The notes below the pieces were generated by a model. It was not told the DNA's origin. It ran no database searches and was given only the letters and a program-made list of their open reading frames with translations. A stretch of 58,656 bases of DNA from Trichodelitschia bisporula (Eukaryota): positions 1,432,174-1,490,829 of the forward strand of contig ML996691.1 in the NCBI GenBank assembly GCA_010356995.1, read 5' to 3'. Positions 23,072-36,445 of this stretch are shown one piece after another. Made by a program: the position numbers and the translations under genes. Within the stretch, counting starts at the first letter, position 1, and the number at the start of each line of letters is the position of its first letter.

Positions 23072-23378
23072 TGGCGTACAGGGAGTAGTAATGATGCTGC
23101 TCGAACAGATAATAGAGCGGTGAGTCCAAGAGAGTAGCAATGTGCGTTGTGAGATCGGTTGTGGACGGAAGAGTGTTCCAAAGCGAACAACTTCTGTGCG
23201 GTCAGCGTCTTTGCTCAGGGCAGTCACCAGCTCTAAGCCGGCAGGCTCGCCCCTTGCCATGTCCCTTTCCGTCCCACCAGGAGGCAAGAGCGAACCGTTC
23301 CAGTAAAGCCGCCTTCGTCCTCATCTTCACACACTTCACCGACACATCTCACCAACCCACCGGCACACTCCACCCACA

Positions 23379-24394
23379 ATGCACCCCCACCCATCCCCAA
23401 CCAAGCGCCCCTCCCTCCTCTCCCTCTCTTCTCTCCGCCAAAGCCCAGCCAAACCCCTCATCAGACTCTTGAAGTCCACCAAGGCGACCCTAACCGCCCA
23501 CACCACCGCCACGCGCGGACAGCTCGCCTCCGCCGCGAATCTGACCGTCTGGGCCGCCTCGACCGATGACCCTGTGGTCGCAGCCGTGGCGGAGAACCTC
23601 GCCGTGCTGATCGCGGAGATGGGCGAGCAGGAGGGCGCCTTCGTCGACGGGATGCAGGCGGCGCGGACCGTGCTCAAGGAAATGAGGGACGTGGAGCGGA
23701 GTGTCGTCCCGGGCCGAGTGACGAGAGCGAAGGTGGGTAGTCCTGAATCGGGGGGGCCAGATGGGGCTGACATGTGCGGTGTTGATGAGGCAGATCAACG
23801 ACGAACTCCAGCGCCTCAAATACCGAGATCCCACATCGACGCGCATCCCGCTGCTGGAACAGGAACTAGTCCGCGCAGAAGCAAGCTGCCTCGTTGCAGA
23901 CGCGCAACTGACGAACGCGGTACGGCTGCTTTCCAGATCCCCGCATTCGACTAACACCTACCCCGCAGACTCGTGCCAAATTTCGTACAGCTCTGGCACG
24001 GCACCTCAATGCTACAATTGCACGCGGTGAGAAACAGGCCCTCCTCGCGCGGCACGGTTTGCAACTCCTGGCGCTTGTGAATGAGACGGCCGTTGTGCCG
24101 GGTGAGCGACCAGGCGCCTGGGTCGACGCGAGGGAGGCGGCGAATATCATGCGTGGGGCGCAGGAGGATTTGCAGGCTTGGCAGGATGAGGAGCAGGGGA
24201 GAGGGAGTTGGGAGACGGTTCGGATGAGTGTGGAGGCGATGAGAATATCAAGCGAGGCGGGGCGCGTGTCGGAAGAGATGGTGAAGACCTCGCAGGAGAG
24301 AGTGAGGGGCACAGCGGGAAAGGTAATGGTGGAGAATATGACCCCGAGGACGGTGACTGGGACGGAGTACGTTGGGGGAAAAGTGGCGCATTGA
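23379..24394 (+). CDS. Divergent eisosome BAR-domain protein (Pil1/Lsp1 family)
   Basis: LKEMRDVERSVVPGR..AK|INDELQRLKYRDPTSTRIPLLEQELVRAEA..LVADAQLTNA|TR..EKQALLARHG..VVPGE; introns 23733-23793 and 23920-23968. Confidence 0.88.
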
Positions 24395-24584
24395 CTGCTA
24401 ACGTGGTTTCTTTCTGGCTTCCATTTAGCAGGGAAAGCGGTGAATTAGCTGTTAATGCGGGTTCTTTCTGGCGTGCAATTAGCAGAGTATGTCATGACGT
24501 CGAATACTTGGACATGAGTTTGGCCTCTACAGGAGCCTATCTACACGATGGGTATCGTAGAGCGTATAATGCATGATTCAAAAC

Positions 24585-26865
24585 CTACGGCTTTGACGGC
24601 AGGACATCCTCCAATGGCTTCTTCGGGTCGTCCTCCCCGAACAGCATCTCTTGGGCTGCGACGGTTAGCTAGTTCTAGATTAAGTTTAAAGGGGATGACT
24701 GACCGCTCCAAAGTTCAGCATATAGGCCGCCATGGTTCACGAGCTCCTCATGCGTGCCCTGCTCCGCCACACGCCCATCCTTGAGCACGATGATCAAGTC
24801 CGCGTCGTAGATAGTGCGCAGGCGATGCGCCACAAAGACCGATGTCCGCTTCTTATCCTTGAGGATACTCTGAATGTTACCCAGCAGGGCCGATTCGGTG
24901 TGAGTATCCAACGCAGAGGTCTGGTCCGTTAGTCAGGTACGAGAATGAAAACGCGCAACATACCGCTTCATCGAAGAACAGCAGCGGAGGATCCTTCAAG
25001 ATCAACCGCGAGATAGCCAAGCGCTGCTTCTCCCCCCCACTAATCATCATCCCCCGCTCTCCAACCATAGTGTCGTACTTATCCGGCCAGCTGTCCACAA
25101 TCTCATGGATATGCGCCCGCCGCGCCGCGTCCTGCACCTCCTCGTCCGACGCGTCGAGTCGGCCGTAGCGGATGTTATGCCCGATGGAGGCATTGAAGAG
25201 CGGCGTGTCCTGCGGCACCACGCCGATGGCTTCCCGCAGCGACGCCAGCGACACATGGCGGATGTCCTGGCCATCAATCAAGATGCGCCCGTCCTGCACG
25301 TCCCAGAAGCGGAACAGCAGACGCAGGAGCGTCGACTTGCCGCAGCCGCTGGGGCCAACAATGGCGACTTTCTTGCCCGCTGGGATGGTCAGGTTCAGGC
25401 CGTTGAGGATGATGCGGTCCTTGCGGTAGCCGAAGCGCACGTTCTCAAATACGATTTGGCCGCCGGTGAGGGCGAGGGGCTTGGCTTCTGGCGAGTCTTT
25501 GATGGTTACGTTCACTTTTTGCAGGTTGAATAGCGTTTCCATGTCCAGCAGGCTCTGGCGCAGTTCGCGGTACACGCTGCCTAGGAAGTTGAGCGGTACG
25601 GAGAGCTGGAAGACGAGTTGGTTGACCATGACGAGATCGCCGACGGTCAAGTTACCCGATGCTACACCGCTGCAAGCAAGGTACATCATCGCGGTGAGGG
25701 CGGAGGAGAAGATGATGTTTTGCCCGCTGTTGAGGTACGCTAAGGAGGTGGCGACCTTGATGGATGCTTTTTCATACTGCTGCAAGGCTGAGTCGTACCG
25801 CGCCACCTCGTAGGCTTCGTTGTTGAAGTGCTTGACGGCTTCATAATTGATTAACGAGTCGACGGCCACGGTGGCGGCTTTGTTGTCCGCGGCGTTGGCC
25901 TGCTTGCGGAACTTGGTCCGCCACGAAGTGGTAGTGATAGTAAACGCGGTGTAGGCAACCATGGTGACGGCAGTGATGGCGGCAAACTTGGCCCCGTATT
26001 GATACGTCAGGATGCCGCAGACCAAGCTGATCTCGAGAGCTGTCGGGAAGATGTGGAATACCATGCTAGTCAACAGGAAGCTGATACCTTTGGTTCCGCG
26101 GTCAATGGCCCGGGTCAAGCCACCAGTTTGCCGCGAGAGGTGGAAGTTGAGATCGAGCCGCAGAAGATGACCGTACACGCCAGCAGCCACCTTGCGGATG
26201 GCCTTTTGGGCTACAGATGCAAAAACGGCGTTTCGGAGCTCCTGGAACAGCGTGGCTCCAACCCGAGTTGCTCCATCTAGCACCATCAGTCAGTGGCCTA
26301 CGAAAACTGCCAGCCAACATACATGCAACTACCATGCTACCCGCTACCGTCCACGCAGTCCCGCCCACCGCCATGAAGTCGATGTTCATACTGTCAACGA
26401 TCGACTTAAAGTAGAATGGCACTTGGACATTGAGCACCTGCGCATATGAGCTAGGCCCATGTCAGGATACGTAAAGCCCACCTTTGCACCAACGAGCAGG
26501 CTGACGGCGAGGCCAACGCGGAACCGCGTCCCCAGATTGTCTTTTGGCCACAGATACCGCGACATCTCCTTCATAATAGCCCAGTCCGCTTTGCGCTGCT
26601 CAGCATTCGTGACAACTTTTTCCTCGAGGAGAATGTCCGGCTTTGCGGCTGCTTTCACGGCGGGGGTTGCGGGCTTCGCGCCGGCCGGGATGGAAGCTCG
26701 CGGCTGCGGGAACGAGGCCTCTTTCCGGAACCATGGCCTAGTTGTAAACACACGGTGTGTGGACAGTCCCAGACATAGGTGGATGGAGTTGACGAAGGCC
26801 AGCGGACGTGATATGCCGAGTGAGGCTGGCCGCGCGCGGGCGCAGCGGATAGCTTGAAGATGCAT
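24585..26865 (-). CDS. ATM1: Mitochondrial ABC half-transporter Atm1 (Fe-S export)
   Basis: [90 protein letters not shown]; several short introns; last exon [13 protein letters not shown]. Confidence 0.96.
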
Positions 26866-27211
26866 GGAGAGCGGGGGAGTTCAGCGCATGAGGGTAGTTT
26901 GTTTACTGGAGGAGCCGGAAGGGACGAGGGGAAAAGACAATTATCATGGCGGGTAAAAGGAGAGTGAAGAAGTGAAGAGAGATAGAGGAGAGGTTGCCGA
27001 AAGGTCGCAAATGTCGCGCAGTGTAGTTCTAGTGACGGTTGCGCAATAATGGCGAACGCGGAGTGGATCCCCCAAACCACTTTCTGCCGGGGCGGCCCGC
27101 TCCACACCAGCCGAGCCAAAGCTTCCTCCACTTGGAGATGTGACGACACTTCGGGATTCGAAGTTGCAGACGACCGAAAAACACCAACAACTTCACTCTC
27201 CTCCGCCCTCC

Positions 27212-28610
27212 ATGAGACCGTCACGGCTCAATGCCGCACGCACGGCCGACCTCTGGACCGCCTGCCATCGTCGGCCTGCTCAGTCCTCCATTCCGAGAGC
27301 GGCACTGCTTGCCCGCCGTGGCCTGCGCATCTATGCAACACCGAGCTCATCGGCGCCCGCGGTGGGCGAAGTTGAGGCCGACCCGGACCTGTCGCAGCAG
27401 CAGCCCGGTGCGTGACACTTTTGACCGGAAGAACGAGTCTAATTGACCGCAGATGCGCGCTTCGAGGTGCTGGGCGCACCGTTTTCGCTACTCTCAGTTT
27501 CCCTCTCCGCCTCGCAAAATCTCTACACCCGGCGAGGAACCTTGGTTTCTGTCAGCGGAAAAGCCGAGAATGTAGGCCTTCTGATCGCCATGTTGGACGG
27601 GCTGACAATAGTAGACTGTCTCTACACTATCCGTGCTCTCGCCCTTCACCCGCGGGGTCCTGGGCGTTCCGTTCCTCTACCAACGTGTACGCCAGCTATC
27701 CCTCCACGTCCGCTCGCAGCTGACGGCCAGATCACCTCTACCTCTCCCATCACCGCTCTCATAGCTACCAAGTCTCCGGCGACTTCTTTTGCGACGGTGC
27801 ATCTCGATGGCCGTGTCGACTGGATACTGGCACAACGGTCAGCCCTGCTGGCTTGGACAGGACATGGCCTCACTGTACGGCCTAGTATCAACCCGAAGCT
27901 GGTACATATGGCGCTTTGAGCATCCGTCGGCTACCGCTAATCAACGGTAGAGCATTGCGCATTGGGGAAACTCCTACATCTCCGGCCGGGGACTTATCGG
28001 ATTGGTCGGCAAGGGCCAGATCTATCAGATCAGCCTCAAAGCCGGCGAGGAATACGTGGTTCACCCGAGGTACTGCCTTTCCAGCCGTTTCAACCGAAGC
28101 TTACTTTGCAGCCACGTTGTCGCGTACAGCAAGACCCAGCAGCCGCCAGTGCCTTACCGCTTCATGTCCTCCACTTTCCGATTCCAGATCCCCTCACTCT
28201 CACCAGTCCTCCCCAACACACGCTTCTTCAATGAGCTGCGAAAATCGCAGGGCTGGAAAGTCGCCGCGGACTTGCTCTTCAAGCTTCGGACATGGGCGCG
28301 GAGGTCAATATGGGGCGACCGGGTATGGCCCTTTTTGTTGTGTCAACTTTTGCTAACTTCGCAGCTCTTTCTTCACTTCCAAGGGCCAACCACAGTCCTC
28401 TTGCAATCACGTGGCTCGAGAATCTTTGATTCCTTGTCTAACCGAGAAATCAACGAGATCGCGGATGTGCCAGCGGGAACGGTTCAGGAGGTTCTTGATA
28501 AGCCTGCCGAGACTCCGAGCGTGAAGTCGGAGCCACCACCGCCCGCCACTGCGGTCAAGTTTGCTACAGTGGGGCAAGATAAAGTAGAGATCAAGGATAG
28601 AGGTGCGTAA
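27212..28610 (+). CDS. AIM24: Mitochondrial biogenesis protein Aim24
   Basis: Arg-rich presequence; [70 protein letters not shown]; six short introns (e.g. 27572-27614, 27687-27730, 28070-28111, 28323-28364). Confidence 0.88.
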
Positions 28611-28682
28611 GCCTGTAAAAACTGTACTATAGTGTATCCATACAGCACGCGCTGCTATTCCCGCCTTTGATGCTGCATGCAT

Positions 28683-30374
<1,692 letters not shown>

Positions 30375-30567
30375 GGCTGGGGGAAGGCTGAAACGAAAGA
30401 CGGGTGAGATGGAATCCGGCCGGAGAGGCTGGTTGCGGTAGAGGTTATAAGCATGGCGGGAAGTTGGCGAGTTCGGCCGACGATGTTGCGCGTAAGTAAG
30501 AAATGTTGATCATGTCCTTTGGGTGCAATCTGGGTTTGTTTGAGGTTTATCTGGGATTTTTAAGGTG

Positions 30568-30587
30568 ACCTCGGTAATGGCCGAGGT
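30568..30587. promoter_or_regulatory. Inverted pair ACCTCGG-N6-CCGAGGT, putative FarA/Ctf1-type site
   Basis: Perfect 7-bp inverted repeat with two CCGAGG cores, about 195 bp upstream of the carboxylesterase ATG. Confidence 0.5.
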
Positions 30588-31295
30588 AGGGGGTTGCTAT
30601 AGGGCTGATATAGAGAAGGAAGCCAGAAATCGGCATGAGATCTATGGGATTAATGAACGGTCAGCCTTGCCAGCCGCCGCATTAGTAAGTCACTAGCTTG
30701 GCTGGCTTTCAATTTGACATTTATAGGCCGGACGGACCCCTTGGACGACCATGGAACTTACTATAATGAGCAGCTGGTGATATGACACACATCACACATA
30801 GCGCAGAGGCTTCACTGGTGCGGCTCTTGGTTCGAGAGTATAATTCATGACACAGATATAATGAAGCTGGATCTACGGATGTATGAATCTGGTATTCACG
30901 ATATCCATCGTCAGTTTCTTAGTAGGCTTGCGATGTAGTGTAAGCAAGAAGGCGAGCATGGCATATGTCGCTTAGACGAACGATCATCTGTCCTGCATAT
31001 GTAAAAGGAAGACTTGAGCGGGTGTCGTAGTGTACAGTACATATGGAAGTTTTCCAGTTGCAGCGATTCGCGATTGGCTTCAGCTGCGCGGGGTGAAACG
31101 CATCAGAAACCGTCAACGCAGGGAGACTCCTCGCCAGCGTCTAGCTGCCTCGCCATGCCTGAGAAGGCAATGTCATATAATGACAGGAGATGTTTCCACA
31201 ACTTGATCTACGTTGCGTTGTTGTGTTTAGATTTTCACTCTTCCGTCGTCTGGGCATAAGCACTGTCTGAGTATGCAAAAGCCCTCCGCCGACCT

Positions 31296-32730
31296 ATGAG
31301 ACCGACAAGGATGCGCTTCTTCTTATCGACTTGCTTGATCGCACTTGCAAGACACACTGAGGGTCATGACTTGAGGCTCGGACTCAACACAGGAATCTGC
31401 GCATTTCCACCATGGACCAGCTCCTTCGGTCCCATCTGCAGCCAAGAACACTCGCCTCACGATGCCGTATATCCCCTTCAACAGCTGGTGGACTCCGGAG
31501 ACACGCATGCCGCCGAGTGGCCGACAGGCAAGCTGCAAGACGAGCTGAGCCTCCACAGCGGACCGGACTCTAGCTACGACGAACCGTGGTCCAGTCGCTC
31601 ACGATGTCTGCGCTTCCAGAACAGCACCGAGCGCTACTGCGTCTACACCAGCACCACCTTCGCCGGCGGCCGCGGCATCTCCGTCTTCACGACGCCGGAG
31701 CGCGCAGCACAAATTGCCCGTCTGCCTGCATTCACCGACCCGGAAGTCCTGCACGGCGTCAACCATGAACCGAACCCGCCGTACGAGGCGCGCACTCTGC
31801 CAGGGAGGGGCATCGGGCTGATTGCCAATCGCACGTTGCATCGCGGCGACCACATATTCAGCAACACGCCGGTGTTGCTGGTGCAGGAGAGCATCTCCGA
31901 GGATTTCTTCCTCAAGGACCACGGGCCATTCCACGCTGAGGCAGTTGAGCGCCTGCCCGAGAGATCAAGGGCAGCCTTCATGAATCTGTGTGGGCACTTT
32001 GGTGGTGATCCGGTCCAGGACATCATCAATACGAATTCCTTTGAGGTAGTGATGTTCGACGACGAGGACGATGTGCCGTTCAACATGGTGGTGTCTGAGA
32101 TCTCGGTGAGTACTGTATCCCGTTGCGGTCGCGAGCCCGTCTGATAGCCAGCGCCTTAACCACGCCTGCCGCCCAAACGCACACTACGTGTTCGACAACA
32201 CCACTCTGACCCACCGTGTACACGCCCTACGCACCATCCAGCCAGGAGAAGAGTTGACAATCTCCTACATCGACCCTGTTTTACCCCGTGCCGTGCGCCT
32301 GGAGAGCCTGAAGCACTCATGGGGCTTCAAGTGCAGCTGCAAACACTGCAGGCTGCCCGACGACGAAGCCGCTATCAGCGACGCCCGGATTGCGAGGATC
32401 CAGAATTTGACAGAGGAGCTGAAGAACTACGAGAGCACGGCCCGAGCCTCGCCAGAGTCGGCGGTGGAGCTCGTCGACCTGTATGAAGAGGAGCGCTTGT
32501 GGGCGCCTATTGCGGAGGCGTATACGCTGGCGGCACTAGAATGGAATGGCGATGGAAATGTTGGAACGGCGCGAGTATTTGCGAAGGCTGCGGTAGAGAG
32601 CGGGCTGTTGTATGGGGGGCGGGCGGACGATGATGTCCGGGAGATGGAGAGGCTCGTTGAGGATCCGACGACGCATTGGAGCTGGGGGTTACGGGGGAGG
32701 ACGAGGATAAAAGGCGATATACCTGAGTGA
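31296..32730 (+). CDS. SET-domain protein (SET5/SMYD-like) with a signal-peptide-like N-terminus
   Basis: GRGIGLIANRTLHRGD, S|RLNHACRPNAHY across intron 32106-32151, GEELTISY, WGFKCSC. Confidence 0.88.
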
Positions 32731-33051
32731 CGGTCCTGATACTGTAAGGCGCATATTTACCAACGCATGGCGAGAAGCCCAAGAGATGAAGTGACAACAG
32801 GAAGTGGGGACGGATGTACCGTACGGTACTGATCGTGCTATCCCGGTCGAGAGATCGATGGCCGGGGTGCCAAGCCATGTGACTCCGCGCGGCCCGACGC
32901 GTTCATAACACGCGCCAGAGCCCGTGCGCAGACAGGACGCGTCGCCACTCTCCTCCCACTCCCTACAGTCAACGTTATCTCATCAGCATCATCACCTTGC
33001 AACATAAGCCTTAGATTTCTCTGGTGATATTGGTTCACTTTTGTGCTCAGG

Positions 33052-35661
33052 ATGTAAGTCATTCCGCCTTCTCCTAGTAACTGCTGACCCTCTAGGCATC
33101 GTGCGAAAACCGCGCCGGCGGTTCCCGGCCAGCCGAGTGACGGAGCGGCCCAGCCGAAGGCCCAGCGCCTCTATGGAGGTACGCCGCAGTTCATCGATTG
33201 CTTGACGAAGCCCTTTCGCTGCCCCGGAACTGCGGTGAAGCGCGCGCACACAGATCGGCCAGCGCGGAAGCGGCGTAAGATCTCATACGCGGATGCCGAC
33301 GGCAGCGTTGAAGATGGCGACAAGCCGTACACAAACGAGGACCGACTGGCGCTTTCGACGCGCGACGTGAACAAATTCCCCGTGTTTAAGCCAAAGGACA
33401 AAGAGTCGATCTTTAAGCAGCGCTTTTCTGTGCCTCTACTGAACAAGGACGCCGGTACTTATAATGCAGGCCGTCCTGCGCCGCTGCTGGGGATGCGCCA
33501 GGGCAGCGTGTTTGTTGTGAAGCCGCTATACGATCCGAGCGGAGAGTTTGCGATTGTTCTGTACGACCCTACGATAGACGATAAGCCTGCTGTCCCCGAG
33601 GTGGCGGAAGAGAAGGAGGAGGAGGTGGTCAAGTTGGACGCACCTTTGGTCCACAAGAGTTTGGCCGATATCTTGGGATTGAAGAAGAAGGTGGAGGAGC
33701 GGCCACGCGTGCCGGTTGTTATCGATCCTCGCCTGGCCAAGGTGCTGCGACCGCATCAGGTGGAGGGTGTCAAGTTCCTGTACCGGTGTACGACCGGCCT
33801 CATTGACCCCAATGCCAACGGCTGCATCATGGCCGACGAGATGGGCCTGGGGAAAACGGTACGTACTGCGTATCCTCAATGTCCGCGCTAACAACCATAG
33901 CTGCAATGCATAGCCTTGATGTGGACTCTTCTCAAGCAGTCGCCCGAGGCCGGGAAGTCAACGATTCAAAAATGCATCATTGCCTGCCCGGCTAGTCTCG
34001 TGCGCAACTGGGCCAACGAACTTGGTATTTTTCATTGAAAAAGTTCATGGCAAAGCTAACTTTGGAAGTGAAATGGCTGGGAAAGGATGCAATTACACCG
34101 TTCGCTGTCGATGGCAAAGGCACAAAGGAAGAACTCACCCAACAGATGCGCCAGTGGGCCATTGCATCGGGGCGCACGGTGGTGCGGCCTGTGCTCATCA
34201 TCTCGTACGAGACGCTGCGGCTTTACGTCGAGGAGCTCCGCAACGCCCCTGTTGGCCTGCTGCTCTGTGACGAGGGTCATCGCCTGAAGAATTGCGACAA
34301 TCTCCTTTATGCCGCCCTCAGCAGCCTCAACGTGAAGCGGCGCGTGATTCTCTCCGGCACACCCATCCAAAACGATCTTTCCGAGTACTTTGCGCTCCTG
34401 GACTTCGTCAATCCTGGCTATTTGGGAACCCGCATGGACTTTCGCAAGCAGTTTGAACTTCCGATTCTCAAGGGTCGCGACGCTGCGGGATCGGACAAGG
34501 ACGTGGCAAAGGGTGAAGAGCGCCTTCGCGAGTTGCTGGCGCTTGTCAACAAGTTCATCATCCGGCGGACGAACGACCTTCTCTCCAAGTATCTGCCTGT
34601 CAAGTACGAGCACGTCGTCTTCTGCCACCTGGCACCGTTCCAAAAGGACCTCTACAATTACTTCATCAGCTCGCCTAGCGTCAAGGGTCTTCTCCGCGGC
34701 AAGGGCAGTCAGCCACTTAAGGCCATTGGCATGCTCAAGAAGCTTTGCAACCACCCGGATCTACTCGACCTACCTTCCGATCTGCCAGGCTGTGAGGAAT
34801 TATTCCCCGACGATTATGTCCCGAAGGATGCTCGCGGTCGGGACCGTGATGTCAAGGTGTGGTACTCGGGCAAGATGCAGGTACTCGATCGGTGTGTATA
34901 CGAGCACCCCCGGCTACGATTGACGCTAATGAAACAGAATGCTTACGCGCATCCGACAAGACACCAACGACAAGATCGTTCTGATCAGCAACTACACGCA
35001 GACTCTCGACGTCTTCGAGAAGCTCTGTCGTCACCGAGGTTACGGTTCGCTGCGTCTGGACGGCACAATGAACGTGAACAAGCGCCAGAAGCTAGTGGAC
35101 AAATTCAACAACCCTGACGGCCAGGAGTTTGTGTTCCTCCTCAGCAGCAAGGCGGGTGGCTGCGGCCTGAACCTGATCGGCGCCAACAGGCTCGTCCTGT
35201 TCGACCCGGACTGGAACCCTGCGGCTGATCAGCAAGCCTTGGCGCGCGTCTGGAGAGACGGGCAGAAGAAGGACTGCTTCGTGTACCGCTTTATTGCTAC
35301 GGGCACCATCGAAGAGAAGGTCTTCCAGCGCCAGTCGCACAAGCAGGCGCTCTCGTCGTGCGTCGTCGATTCGGCCGAGGATGTCGAGCGCCACTTTACA
35401 CTTGACAGCCTGCGCGAGCTCTTCCAGTATCTGCCGAATACAACGAGCGACACCCATGACACGTTTAAATGCAAGCGGTGTAAAGCGGACGGCCGACAGC
35501 ACATCAAGGCGCCCGCACTGCTCTACGGTGACACAAGCACTTGGAATCACTTTGTCAACGACGGTGAGAATGGGCCACTTGGTCGCATCCAAGACTTGCT
35601 TCTGCGACAGGAGACAAGTGCAAAGGATGTGAGCGCGGTGTTCCAATACATTAGCCATTGA
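33052..35661 (+). CDS. RAD54: DNA repair and recombination ATPase Rad54
   Basis: [97 protein letters not shown]. Start codon apparently split AT(33052-33053)/G(33096) by a 42-nt intron. Confidence 0.96.
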
Positions 35662-36445
35662 ATCTGAGGACGCAAAATTGAGCGATTGTTCTATCTTTGC
35701 ATGGTGACATGATATGCTGGGGTGTTGCAATTCAAGCGAGCTTTTCGTCCTGCAGCTGAATATTGCCACCGGCAAATTCCCTAACCACCGAGCTAGGATT
35801 GGAGGCCTGACCGAGCGAGACAGCTCATGGCGCCCCCAAAAGCCTCAGCCTGATGCGGCAAGACCTGGGGGCCGTATCGGACGCCTATCAAGTGCGGGGA
35901 AAGAGTGTTGGTGGCACTTCTGTCAGCCATCTCGCAGCAAAGCACTTTTAGCAATTTGAACGGCTTTTCCTGCGCGAACTCTCATCTTCGGCTCCGGGGA
36001 TGCTTCCTTGCTCACGCACGTCATACATGTCATCGGGACTTTTTTATATTGAGATCTATTGAAATGGGCTGAAACGGCAGCTGCGCCCCAGTTTACCGTA
36101 CTTTGCGGAGCAGCATGCGGAGGCGGGGGCCGCTTGGGAGCTGCATGCCCAGATCCCACCACATTAGGCTAAGGATCCTAAAAGCAAATGGCGAACGGTG
36201 CAGCCCGGTCTATCGCTTTACATGCAGCCGCAAACGGCAGAGATGCTTCTCGCTAAATGCATGGCGCCCATCGCCTGACCGCGCGACTGGCTGCGATGTG
36301 CGTGCGGAGGTCCAGCTGCGGCTGTAGGCGAGGTCTGGTCCCTCGCCCGGCGGGGTAAGACTGTGTGTCGTCCAGCTGTTAAGACTAACGTAGGAACTAC
36401 GGTGCCAATGCCCCACTCCTTCATTTCCACTATTTTGGCTCGACC

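Noticed and set aside
24392..24400. Stop-codon readthrough creating cryptic PTS1 tails
   Set aside because: None of the stop contexts I checked has the TGA-CTA readthrough motif (this one is TGA-CTG), and I saw no in-frame SKL-like extension.
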